Of a DNA stretch of 64,000 bases, positions 49,030 through 60,820 are shown piece by piece. Within the stretch, counting starts at the first letter, position 1. Each line of letters starts with the position of its first letter. Position numbers and translations under genes: made by a program. Below the pieces are notes generated by a model, which was not told where the DNA came from, did no database searches, and saw only the letters and a program-made list of their open reading frames with translations. Origin of the DNA: Azolla caroliniana (Eukaryota > Plantae > Polypodiophyta); NCBI GenBank assembly GCA_043228905.1, contig JBHGNT010000002.1, positions 6,200,001-6,264,000 on the forward strand. The letters run 5' to 3'.

Positions 49030-50545
49030 TCGAAATTTATTCACACTATAAATGTTGTGGAATAGTTTCGCTCTGTGGTTGATGGATTCCGACTCCCATA
49101 GTATATTGGTTTGTACCGGTTCAGCTCCGACAGTTGCATTAATGCGCTTCCAATGACTATATCTAGGGCATTGCCAAAGACATGAAAGTCTTTTGTCCAA
49201 TCTGGTGGTTGAACGACTGGGACTTTAGACAACATTTTCTTCAGACAATCATTAGGATCCTACTCTGTTGTTGACCATTGGAAAGGTGTTCGGTGTACTG
49301 CAGCATGAAAAGGTGTCACGACGTCAGCCAAGTATCTGATCATCTGACTATGCCATCTAATTTGGCCCAAGAATCAACTCAAGGCCTTAGCATTTGTTGG
49401 CAATGGCGCATCCATTATTTCTTTTACTTTATCTGGGCCGATGACAATTTCGTCCCGACTAACAATATGGCTCAATAACGTACCACTTGTAACGCCGAAT
49501 GTGCATTTTGTTGGATTTAAGCTTAGACGACCTTGCCGACACCTTTCCAAATAGAGTCGGAGATGTTCAAAATGGTCTTTTCTCCGACTGTAAACTGCAA
49601 AGTCGTCGAGAAATACCCGCATAAATGCCAGTATATAATCTAAAAAAAATTCATAATTACCCTTTGGAATGTCGATGGGGCGGTTTTGAGAGAGAACATC
49701 ATGACTATTGCTATGAACACACCCCATTCGATAACAAAGGCCATCTTTTCTTGGTTGTTTGAATGCATACTGATATGATTGTAGCCGCTAAACCCATCAA
49801 GGAAACTGTAGATCTCATGTCTGGCTACCATGTCAAGGACTCCATTAGTGAAGGGTAACAGAAAAGCATTCATTACTATTGGCACATTTAATTTTCTGTA
49901 ATCGACACACACCCTAATTTTCCCATTCTTCGTATTATAATGCATAGCCAAGTGGCTTTCTTGACTAGTTGAATGAATTTGATTCATAACAGTTAGTCGA
50001 TTTCTTCCTTTACTTTGACCGCATAATTAGGGTTCAATCGGTAATGTTGTTGTTGTACTAGCTTCGCATCTTTGTGCAGGTTGTTTTGATGTTGACTGAA
50101 GGTAAGATCTAGTCCTTTCATATCCTCGAACGACCATGCAAAAACATTTTTGTATTGTTGTAGTAACTCTGTGAGCTTGATCTTCTCGGCCGATTGCATT
50201 TCCGTCACTATTAACACTGTTTTTGGCTCGCCATCATTGTTTGTCAAATTCAATTTCTCGAGTGAAGAAGGTTGCACTCTTTGTGATACTTGCATCTCCT
50301 TTTCTATAACTTCCTATTGATGACGTATCTCTATTAGAGTTTTATCATCAACCAGAACATCTGCAACCTTTTTGTCATTACCAAGGTATGGTGTGATGAT
50401 TTCGACTACGTCGACTTCAAATAAGGGAATGATCTTTGGATTTTTCTCAAAATACTGATTCACTTCCCCATCATCTAAGCCCTCCATCATATTGATGAAT
50501 TCGGCATATAAAGGCACACATTCCCATGTTGTTGCTACCTTCTCC
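49030..50545 (-). mobile_element. Non-chromoviral gypsy RT/RNase H remnant
   Basis: YKNVFAWSFEDMKG, RVCVDYRKLN, FLDGFSGYN, VFLDDF, YYGSR..ERNYSTT. Confidence 0.88.
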
Positions 50546-50559
50546 TAAGTCAAAACTTT

Positions 50560-52260
50560 GATCTTGGTTTTGCCCTTCCGGAATGTCAAAAGATTCTTCT
50601 GCCAATTCTGTTTGTTATTGGCAGTTCTCGGCCCAACAACAGAGGGTAAGCTCCTAATGCATCTAAATCCAGCAACCTCCCACATCAATACCTTCAGTCG
50701 GGTGTTTTCTGAACTCACCTCACAAGGGGTTAACTTCAAAGAAGAAGTTAAAGCCCTTGCCCTCCTCTCGAGCTTGCCAGCGAGTTGGGAGGTTTTCTAC
50801 ACAACATTCGCCAACAACTATCCAAATCTCAATTTGGACGAGACAATCAGACAATTCCTCATTGAGGATATTCGGTGAAAATTGATGGGACTCACCATTG
50901 ATGAGTTAGTAGAAGCCCACCACTCAACAGAGTCAATCGATTGGTTCGGTTGATCGAGAGAACAAGCTGACAGAACCGATCGGAACACAAGCCGACAGAG
51001 GGGAGACCGACAACGGTTGAAGTCGAGAAATAGTCGACTAGGTGATTTCTGCACTCACTGCAGAAAAGCCGACCATAATATTTCTGACTATTGGTTGATC
51101 AAGAGGAAGGAGAGAGGTTGGCGATTCGAGCGGAACTTGGGATGATCTAAGTCAAATCAGTATCCATTCGGCAACCAAATAAATGTTGCCAACACCCGGT
51201 CAGGAGAAATCCTCTCTCTAGAGGACTCACTGATCGAAGAAGTCCTATACAGTCCACAAGATGCACAAACGTGGCTACTATACTCTAGTGCCACATTCCA
51301 CGTGACCCCAAACATTGAATGGTTTTCGAAATATTCGACTGACGCTAGCGGCACCGTCTGACTCGATAACGCATAGGAGTGCATAATTGCAGGTATGAGA
51401 GAGGTCCCCATTCGATTGCCGAATGACAACATGATCACCCTACACCAAGTTCGGCATGTAGCTGATCTAAAAAAGAGTCTGGTCTCCATCGGCCTGTTAG
51501 TCGAAGATGGGTACAGAACGATTTTCAATGAGTCGACATGGATGATCAGCCAAGGAAATCTGAAGATTGGAAACAGTACAATAACTTGTAACCAATAATG
51601 GTGATCAATCCAAAAGGGGCCATGAACGCAACCGAATCGACCAACCCGAACTTATGGCATGGATGACTCGGTCATGAATAGACTCATATGTCGCAAGCCA
51701 GACTTGATGGCTGATGAGGGTCGTTTACATTCCAAAACTCCTAGTGAATATGGACTTCTGCGAGCATTGTTGCTACGGGAAATAGACCCGAAGTCCTCAC
51801 TCTTTCCATTATGAGACAATACAATAGCCCCTAGAGCTCGTGCACACAGATATATGTGGGCCTATGCTTGAGCGATCACTAGAAGGCTTTTGGTACTTCA
51901 TCACATTTGTAGATGATTGTCCACGAAATGTTTGGGCCTACTCCATTAGGTCAAAGGATGAAGCACTCGAGGTCTTCCCTCAGTGGACAACTGCAGTGGA
52001 GAACTGATCTGGATACAGAGTGAAGACCCTCTGATCCAACAATGGAGGGGAATACACCTCCCGAGCCTTCAAACAAAACCTGTCCGACAAAGGGATCCGG
52101 CACCAAAAGACCGTTCCATACACACCCATGCAAAATGGAGTGGCAAAGTGGATCAACTGAATAATCCAGGAGAGGGTGATGGCAATGCTCCAGCAAGCCG
52201 AACTGAAGCTAGAGTTCTAGGCAGAAGCATTGTAGACAACAATATATTTGATCAACATGT
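50560..52260 (+). mobile_element. Copia gag-protease-integrase remnant
   Basis: KALALLSSLPASWE, VRHVADLKKSLVSIG, VHTDICGP, NGGEY, PYTPMQNG, with many stops. Confidence 0.85.
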
Positions 52261-52702
52261 CTTTGTTAGGGCCGTAGCCAAAGACAACTTTAAAATGAAG
52301 AAAAAAATGAGAAATATAAGAATTTACAATTTAATAAATATAATATAATGTATCCTAGTGGTTGAAGGTTGAAGCTATACATCACCTTTGAGGAGGTCAT
52401 GGGTTCGAATCTCTATTATGAGTCTTAGAGTTTTGGTATATGTTCATGATATTATCCCCTTTCTTTTGATGACGAGTTCCACGAGTCGCAATGCACAAAC
52501 TAGGAGTTGGCTTATTTGGATATCGTCGATGAAATTCAGCTACAAGTTCTTTGGTATTATTGAGATTTTCAGTTGGCTCCCACGATCGATCTGTAGGTGT
52601 ATAACCCAACCAATCAACAAAATAATACAATTTGTTATTCACAACTTTGGAGTTCAAATTGGATTTTACTTCATAATTCAGGCCTTCATCAAGCTTAATA
52701 GA

Positions 52703-53005
52703 AGGTGGTGGGGGAACAACATGATCTAGAATAGAGTTTGAAGCATAAGGTTACAAGAGTGAGACATGGAACATTGGATGAAGACGCATATGAGGAGGGA
52801 GATCGAGATGAAAAGCAACTTCATTGATCTGTTTAGTGATTACATATGGACCAAGGTGGAGGGGGAACAACGCGATCTGGAATAGAGTTTGAAGCATAAG
52901 GTTCCAAGAGTGAGACATGGAACATTGGATGAAGACGCATATGAGGAGGGAGATCGAGATGAAAAGCAACTTCATTGATATGTTTAGTGATTAAATATGG
53001 ACCAA
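52703..53005. repeat. 151-bp tandem duplication in the chromovirus GPY module
   Basis: GPY...HPMFHVSLL is encoded twice, period 151. Confidence 0.9.
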
Positions 53006-53710
53006 GAAGTTGATAATCCAACTTGTTACAAGGCCTCTTGGTCTTCACATTACATCATAAGAGCCATACACGATCTCCAACTTGAAATTTGGGTTTTTCC
53101 GATGATGAGTTCAATCGATGGTGATCTGCAAATTTCTTATGGGTGGCTTGAGCATGATGTAAATGATGAGAAAGAGCAATATGAATTTCTCGGATATAAC
53201 GTAGGCGATCCTTTGCAGTTGTTAATCCTAGGGCGGGACAACAGCTTAACACAGGGTGTCCACTTAAGACACTTCACCAAAGGGTGTTACGACAGGATGA
53301 CTTACGACCCAACGCTTAATTAGACCTTAATTGGTTACTTAGCAATACATCATTAACACGCGTAAGATATACAATAAGCACAGAATGGTAATCAATATTG
53401 AAAGGTTAAAGCAATAAGTTCTATTAATTATCCGTTGTCAATTACATTGTAACCGGGCCTTTATATAGGTCTCCGGTGCGAAGTACAAAACGGTGCCAAC
53501 CGGCACCTATTTGGAATCGGTCTGGATCCGAATCGGCATACTGATTCCGGTCCATCCGTCCATATTAATAAAATAATAACAACAATTCCCGAATAAACTA
53601 TTCCTTTCACACTCTGGTCTGGACATCCTTAAGCCTTCTTTGCCGGCCGGGTAACACATGGCACGCCCGTGGGACAGTACCTTGTACGTCGAACCCATTA
53701 TCTGGCCCTG

Positions 53711-55744
53711 CTACTCTTCGTCCAAAATGTCCAGAATGCTTTGCTCCAGAATTTCCAATGGCTCGTCGGGAATTTGTTGTTGTTGTTGTGGCTGTTGCGG
53801 TGGCTGCTCCGTTTGGGGTTGCTGCTCCGTTTGTTGCTCTAGCACCGACGTTTCCTTCATTGTTTCCTCCGTCGGAGTTGTCGCTGGCTGACCAACCCCG
53901 GCTTGGTCCCCGTCTGGTCCTTGTACCGGCGACGGTTCCTCATCACTAAGGTTGACCGTTGCCGCCTTCCTTGCTTTTTCTTCTCGGAGCCGGGACCGCT
54001 CATAGCTCTCAAACTGGATTTGAACCTCCAGCCGATCGTCGTCCAGTTGAGCTATGAGCTGCCGGACCTGCACCAGTTGTTCATCCGCCAGGGCTGTGAA
54101 ATCTTCGGCCAGCTCATCCCTTATGGCGGTGAAGTCTTCTGATGTCAGCGTATAACAGTCGTCACCCTCCTTCCGCCGGTTTTCCACGTCCGCCCTGAGC
54201 AATTGGAGTTCCGCCGTGTTCTGCGCCCATTTCATCCACCATTGCACAGAGCTCTCGTCAATCAAGCGTTTGGTCTTGGTGAGCCATGCCCGGAGGATGC
54301 ACTGGATCCATTCGGTTCCCATTCGTGATTTGGTCTCCGCGGCTTGTCGCTCCTCTTTCAATTGCTTGATGATTCTGACTGTGTCCGCCTCTTGCTCCCT
54401 ATAATGCGACAATTGACTTTGATAGGTTGTTTGCAACCTCTGTAACACCATTGTCGCCCTTTCCTTTTCTTCATGGTTCTGCTTGTGGAGCTCCATCCGG
54501 TCCATCGCCGCTTCCTCCAATAGCTTTGAATTCTCAACTCGTTCGTCGGCGAGTGCCGTTGTGGCCCTATCAACTTCTTGCCGGAGCTCGGCCATCCTTT
54601 CCTGCTGTTGCTTATACTCCGTCTCCAGTTGCTTGTAGTCCCGGTGTAGATGATCAAAATCATCAGTCTTCTGCTTCAGCCTCTGGTTGATCTGCCGGCG
54701 CGCGCGGTCCTCCTAGTCCTTCTGTTGACAGAGTTCTTCCTTCAGCCTTTCGATTTCCGTCTCCGCCATCTGTCGCAACTTGTCTTTCTCTTGCAACAAT
54801 TTCTCTTTTTCCTCCTTTAGCCGGTCGTACACTTGATGTCCTTTACGCAGGTTTTCCTCTGCCCGGCGGAGGTTCTTAGTAGTCTTCTTTAATTCTTCTT
54901 CGGCCGCCTTCTTCAAGTCTCGTTCGCGGCTCCGTAATGCTTCTTGTGCGTCAAGTTCGTCTCTTAAGTCGGCAAGCTCTTGGGCTTGCGCCGCATCTTT
55001 CTCCGGGACAGTTTTTGTCTCTGGGGTCTTATTCGTATGTACATCCACCTTAGTCACTGGTGCTTGGATCTGTGTTGCAGTTAAGACCATTTTGGCCATG
55101 TCTTCTGTGACCCGATCCAAGTCTTGTTCGAGGCACCGGATCCTTGACCGAGCCGTCTCTAGTTCGTCGGTTGTGACTAGCAACCTTTCTGTTTGCGCTC
55201 TTTCTTTCGCCTCTATGTATCCGACTACTCCGGCAATTTGTTCCCCTATCCACCGGAGCCATTGGCTTCCGGTGCCCTGTTGTTGCATCTGCACGACGGG
55301 TTGGCTGATGGGTTCACTTGCCGTTGGCTGGTCCCGCCTTTCTGCGTCGAGCAGCAATTCTGGCTCTACCTGCTGACGACTTTGCCGTTCAGGTTCCGGT
55401 TGTGTTTCGGTTGGCCACACTTGTTCTGCTTGTTCTTGGCCGGCTGAGGAGGTTGGCATTTGTATAACCGGCTCTTGAGTTACGGGGCTTGCCGGTGCTG
55501 CCTGTTGTGCAGGGACTTCTGTGACCGGTTCCATCTGAACTGGTTCCGGTACCTCCCTTGGCGTGGGAGTCTCAGTGTGGGTTGCGGGCGTTCCATCCTT
55601 TTGTGGGTCCACACGCTTCCCGGCTGATTCTGCGGTCCTCTTCACCGGCCGCCGCTGGAGGTGCTCCGTAGGCTCCTCCTTCGTTTCCTCCTCCTGAGTC
55701 TCGGCATTCATTCTTGCCGCCAAGGTGTCCGTTTCTTGTTGCAC
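53711..55744 (-). pseudogene. Element-borne extra ORF, ~677-aa coiled-coil protein with one internal stop
   Basis: ORFs 54713-55744 and 53711-54595 are in the same frame, and the only stop between them is TAG at 54713-54715. E/K/Q/R-rich, coiled-coil-like sequence. Confidence 0.65.
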
Positions 55745-58231
55745 CGGTCGGTGGAGTGGGCTCTTCAGTGGCCGTGCCGGTGTCTCCTCGTGCGTGTAAT
55801 TGTAGCACTACTGCCGAGATGCGAAATGTGTGGCCGCCGATTGTTACTTCCAAATCTGGCATCAAGACGGTCAGTCGCACTGAGCTTGTATCCGCCATCC
55901 GTAGCCAGAACGGGCATGGTTCCCACTCTTGGATTCCCAAGGTTGTGCATGTTCAGAGGCTAATGACATTGACGCCGGATCCTCCATCTATTACCATTCC
56001 GGGTAACTCCTTTCCCTTCACGATGGCTGTGATCGCCGGATTGTTTGTGTCTACCACCGCCGGTCCCTCCTCCGGATTTGAGAAGAATGTTGGTGCCGGT
56101 GGTGTTTCTCCTGCCGTCATGCCTGTCTTGAGTCCTTCTGTGAATCTGGGCACTAGTTGCAGGAGCCGTCCTAATGGTAGCGTGATTTGGCACTCCTGTA
56201 ATCCCTGCCATGTCGCATTTTCGGTCTGACTGCTGCCGGCGAGCTCTTCGGTGTTCTCCTTTTGTTGCGCAAGTTCTGCTACGTTTCGCTCATTTGCCTT
56301 TTTCACCCATTCCGTTGCCAGCTTCTGGATGGCCTCTTCTGTCTCCCATTCCGTCGTCTTGCCCTTTGACCTTGTGGTAACCTGCTGCAGGTCTGCGACT
56401 TCAGCGACTACCATGTTTACTGTCGGTCGCTTGTCATAGCTCTTTGCTGGACATTGATTACTATAATGTCCTTCTTGCCGACAATAATAGCAATATGCTT
56501 TCCGGGTATTGTTGGATTCGGCATTGTTTCCTGTACCCGGTGGAGGACCTGTGGTAACCGCGGGGCTTTGGTCCGGTTAGCTGCTTGAGGCGCCTTTTTC
56601 CGGTTCACGTGGGTGGCTCCCTTTTTTGAAATGCTGTTTTTTATTAAAGTTCTTTTAGTTGTGGTACCCTTGACGGGGTTGGTCGTCATATCTCCCGTAA
56701 TCTTCCCGTCGTTGGTGATACTCGGGGGAGTGATCCCGGTTGTGATGCTCGTACCGTCCATTGTAATCTTGGTACCTGTCATATCTCTTGTACCGGTCAT
56801 AATTGTCTCGCCATCGTCGTACCGGACATCCTGTGCCGGTCGATATCGCTCCTCTCGCCGCCATCGTTCGTCTTCTTCGTCTCGGCTGCTACGTGGCTCG
56901 ATTTGCCGGACTGTGGTGCTTGCCGATTCAATAAGTTATATTCGCACCGGTCCATCGTGTGGCTCGTAGATTGGCAGAGTAAGCAGTGCGTCCGCATGGT
57001 GCACTCCAGTGACGAGTGTCCGGAATTCAAGCAGGTCGTGCACTAGATTGCTTGCCGGAACCGGAGATCCTCATCGGTTGGTAATGCTCGTTGGAGGGCT
57101 CCCATTGTTAGCCAAGAGCTCGTTTTCTCCATTTCTCTAACCCGGTCGATGACCTGGTCGACGGTGCTTGTGCGAAAGTCGATGACTGTGCATACCGTTC
57201 GTAGAGGTTTCCGGAGCGCGGCTAAGAATATAGCCCGTGTTTCTTCCTCCAGAGGTGCGCGGGTAAGCTAACTGTGCATCCGTTGAAACCGGATGACAAA
57301 CTGCGGAATGCTCTCCCCGGGGTCCTGCCGAATGGTATAAAATAGGCCCACCATTTCTCTCTGGTCCACCTCCTTCTGAAACAAGTGCAAGAATTTATCT
57401 TTCAGGTCCGCAAAGGTGGTGATGGTGCTGGGGTCTTGCGTCCGGTGTCATCTGGCAGCTGGTCCTTCCAATGTCACATTGAATTTGGCTATCTTAGATC
57501 GTTCCTCTTCGGCTGCGGTTAACCGTTATGACACATGGTTCGCCTCCCATGTTTGTTGAAACGCGTGAACATAAGCCTCCGCGTCTGGGTCATCCCTATA
57601 CTTGGAGTACTGGATCGGCATGTCGTCGTCCGGTGTCAGTACGCGGGCTGGCGGTGTCGGTGGTCTTTCCTGCTGTTCCGTCGGCGTCAGAAGTCTTTGT
57701 CGGTCTTCCTTTGGTGTTGCCGGCTCGAATTCCGGTGTCAGAGGTCTTTCTTTGTCTTCTTCCGTCTTCGGAGGTTGCTCCACGTCTAGTGCTGGGGGTT
57801 CCTGGTCCTCCTGGTTCCGGTGTCGGTAATGTATCCGACTCCTCGTCCTCTGGTCCTCCTGGGGTGTCGTTACTGCTGCAATAGTTCGTGTGCGCGTTGT
57901 AACCCCCTTCCGAATCCGATTCGAGCGCTGAAAATGCTTCGGATTCGCCATCTCTTCCGGTCAAGGCCGGGAGAAGGGATTTTGCTTCCCGGAGGCTGCT
58001 TAAGCTGCTTCCTTCGTCCGGGTAGACGTTTTGTTGCAGGCGGAGCGACTCCTCCGCCACTTTCCGGATCACTTTGGAAAATGATCAATCCGATCGGATT
58101 TCTTCCGCTGCTTGCTGGAAAGCCTCCCGCCGCCTTCGCCGTTCAACAAGTCTTTGTGCTCTCTCCGTAACCGGGTCGTCTGTTGGCCTAGTCATCCATT
58201 CCCGCCGCTGTTCATTGCGATTGTGCAGGAA

Positions 58232-58243
58232 TCGTGGTCGCCA
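58232..58243 (-). promoter_or_regulatory. PBS (tRNA-Arg UCG-like) of internal region A
   Basis: Minus strand: LTR end TAACA-CAGTTTT-TGGCGACCACGA. The equivalent TGGCAACCACT lies at 60461-60471 for region B. Confidence 0.65.
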
Positions 58244-60673
58244 AAAACTGTGTTATAGGTTTTAGGGTTAGGGTTAATGGTAATGATGATTATCGATGAT
58301 GAAGATAGAAATGGTGGAATAGTGAAGATGGTGGAGAGTATGATGGTGAGAGAGATTGAGATGAAGATGTTGAGAATCATTGAGAAGCATTGCAGGGTGG
58401 GGGGTGGTGCCTAGAATGGCTCCACCCCCCTCCCAAGGGGATTTAACGTTGAGGGGGAGAGAGAGAGAAAGAGAGAAAGAGAGATGACAAGAGAGAGAGA
58501 GATTGAGAGAGAAAATGATCATTCATGTTTCATTCATTCCCCATAAGAGGGTTAAATAGTACAAGAGGGGGTAGATACATAGGGGTGTAAGCCCCCTCGA
58601 GCATTCATACTGGACACTCATTCACACCTCCTCGTATCCATCCACATGCACACACGTGTGCATGTGTTCACATACGTATAGACTCACAATTATATTTATG
58701 CCCCCTACACACACACAACAATCATCATGATAACATTTGACCCTCGCTCATCACATTGACTCTCTGTACATCTTGTACGGGGTAACACAATATGGCACGC
58801 CCGTGGGAAAGTGCCTTGCACTCGATCCCACATGCCTTGATGATGATATTTCTTTGACCGGAACTTCCATCGGTCTCTTCAATGATTGACTCCCTCGATC
58901 GGAGTGCTTGACTCGAACCTCTTTGTCGGTCAACAAATCTTTCTGCAATACGAACATTCTCGTTCTGTCAGCTTACGAACTTTGTCATGGGTCCAAAATC
59001 ATGTCGTGTATATGTATGTTCTTCCTTTGTTTTGAGTGTGTGTAAGTAGTCTTGGGGATTTTCAAAATTTTGGTGGTGCCCTCTTGTTTTTTAAAATTTT
59101 GATATGTACCCTCGAGGTTTCACAATTTCATTCAGCACCCTCAGGGTTTCAATATTTGTTACATGCCCCCCCTTTTTTTTGCTTCTTTTTCCCTCTGTTT
59201 TCAATTTTATTCTAGGTTTTTCTCTTTATTTCTTCTTCTTGCTCTTGTATCTCTGTCTCTCTTGTGCTCGCGTCTGTCTCTCTATGCCTTTCTCTTCTTC
59301 GATTTTCTTCTTTCTCTTCTTCTTTTTCTCTCTTATGCCACTGCTGCCTCTCTTTCCTCTTTCTTTCCTCTTCCTGTGTGCTTTCGTTCTTGTCTTCGTC
59401 TTTCTATTTTTACATATCCCGTCGGCCTCCTGTCAGGTCTCCTCCTGTGATGGTTGTCGGCTCTATCGACGGTGTCTGTCTCTCTATTCAGCCAATGGTT
59501 GTTTGGCCATTCCAGCTGTTGTTTAGGGTTTCAAGCCGCCGCCGTTCCTTCTGGCCGTTGGTTGCTGTACGGCCATCTGCTTTCCGCTCGTATGTCCAAC
59601 CGTTTTCGTCTCCCCTCTTTGTGTCCGCTTGTTCGGTTACTCTTTCGTTGTTGTCTGGCCATCTGTTCGGTTATTTCCATCGTCGGCTCGTTAGGTCGTC
59701 TCTGTCCGGCCGTTATGTGTCTTTGTGCATACCGGAAATCGATCCAGCTACTATCCGGTGGCTGTCGCTCTGCCGCTGTCGCTGTACGACCGCCGCTCCA
59801 TCCAATCACTGTCTCTATTCGACCCGGTGACTGTTGGTCGGTCACCACTCTAGCCGTTGGTATGTGGCCACCGTTGTCCGATCGTTGTCCCGGCTCCATC
59901 ACCGTTCCGACTGTTCGGCCCATTGCAGTCATTGTTTGGCGGTTCTTTGTCCAGCCCATCTGGCCACTTCTGTTCCGGTGACGGTCAACCACTACGACCA
60001 CTCTTTGGTCGCTCTCCGGCCTCTCCTCTGTCGATGTCGCTGGTCTAGCCATCGATCTTTCTTAGTACGGCTCGTTCCAGTCGGTTCCAGCAGTCGGTTC
60101 GGCTGTTGTCCAATTGCTCCCAACTTTGTTCATTTCCTGCACACGCACATTGCTAGTTCTCGTACACTCGCACATCCGTATCGTCGTGTCTCATTTTGTG
60201 ATTTACGCTAGCACATTGTGATCACCATTTTCCGCACATCGTCGATCCGATTTCTTGTACATTCCTTCACTGCGTCCCTTCATTGACTTCTTTGCGGACA
60301 TCGTCATCGCATATCATGCTTCAACTTCGTCTTGCACTTTGCCACCATGATTTGTCGCTAACCACACACGCACATCGTCATCGTTTCTAACCGCTTAGTC
60401 ACTATGTCTTGCATCGACGCGTATCATCCTTTGACTCCGTCTCCAAAGGGGGGTCGCCTTAGTGGTTGCCAAAAGGTGTTGTCTGGACATCCTTAAGCCT
60501 TCTTTGCTGGCCGGGTAACAACAGTAGGGTTTTTTGAGATTCTTGGGTGGTCAAGCATTGTCCAACGGGGATGAACACCCATGTTAGCAAAGAAGGGAGT
60601 AAGTTTGGTAGAAGAATGAACAGAATTGTTGTAAAAAAACTCCACAAAATGTAAATAATCTGCCTAATCATCC

Positions 60674-60735
60674 TGTTGATAATTGATGAAGCAATCAAGG
60701 TATTGTTCCAAGGTTCGGTAAAACGCAGAAATCAC

Positions 60736-60820
<85 letters not shown>

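Larger units (their letters stand above)
53220..60520 (-). mobile_element. Compound non-autonomous gypsy insertion: LTR-A (53220-53656), internal A, LTR-B (58251-58787), internal B, deleted LTR-A (60477-60520)
   Basis: TSD GCAGT/ACAGT; TGTTA...TAACA termini. The last 40 bp of LTR-A (GTCTGGACATCC...GGGTAACA) recur at 60481-60520. Gag with zinc knuckles (57951-56420) and protease VIDGGSGVN (55953-56414) are present; RT, RNase H and integrase are absent. Confidence 0.85.
52270..60673 (-). mobile_element. Second Tcn1-like chromovirus remnant (integrase-chromodomain-LTR), split by the 53220-60520 insertion
   Basis: Chromodomain YYFVDWLGY...SWEPTENL (52397-52657) and GPY module. The integrase reads ...PRISKNPT (60521-60673) | AKDRLRYIRE (<=53219), so the two parts rejoin across the insertion. 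Confidence 0.8.

Noticed and set aside
58259-58276. TTTAGGGTTAGGGTTA as a telomere or healed chromosome end
   Set aside because: Only 2-3 units, located inside an LTR.
59104-60211. Hydrophobic or Arg-rich ORFs in internal region B as an env-like gene
   Set aside because: Low-complexity CT-rich and GC-rich DNA is open in several frames, with no recognisable domain.
60445-60453. AAAGGGGGG as the PPT of a plus-strand element
   Set aside because: It lies over 20 nt from the LTR edge, has no counterpart in region A, and conflicts with the minus orientation of the ORFs and TATA boxes. It remains the main alternative to the dual-priming idea.
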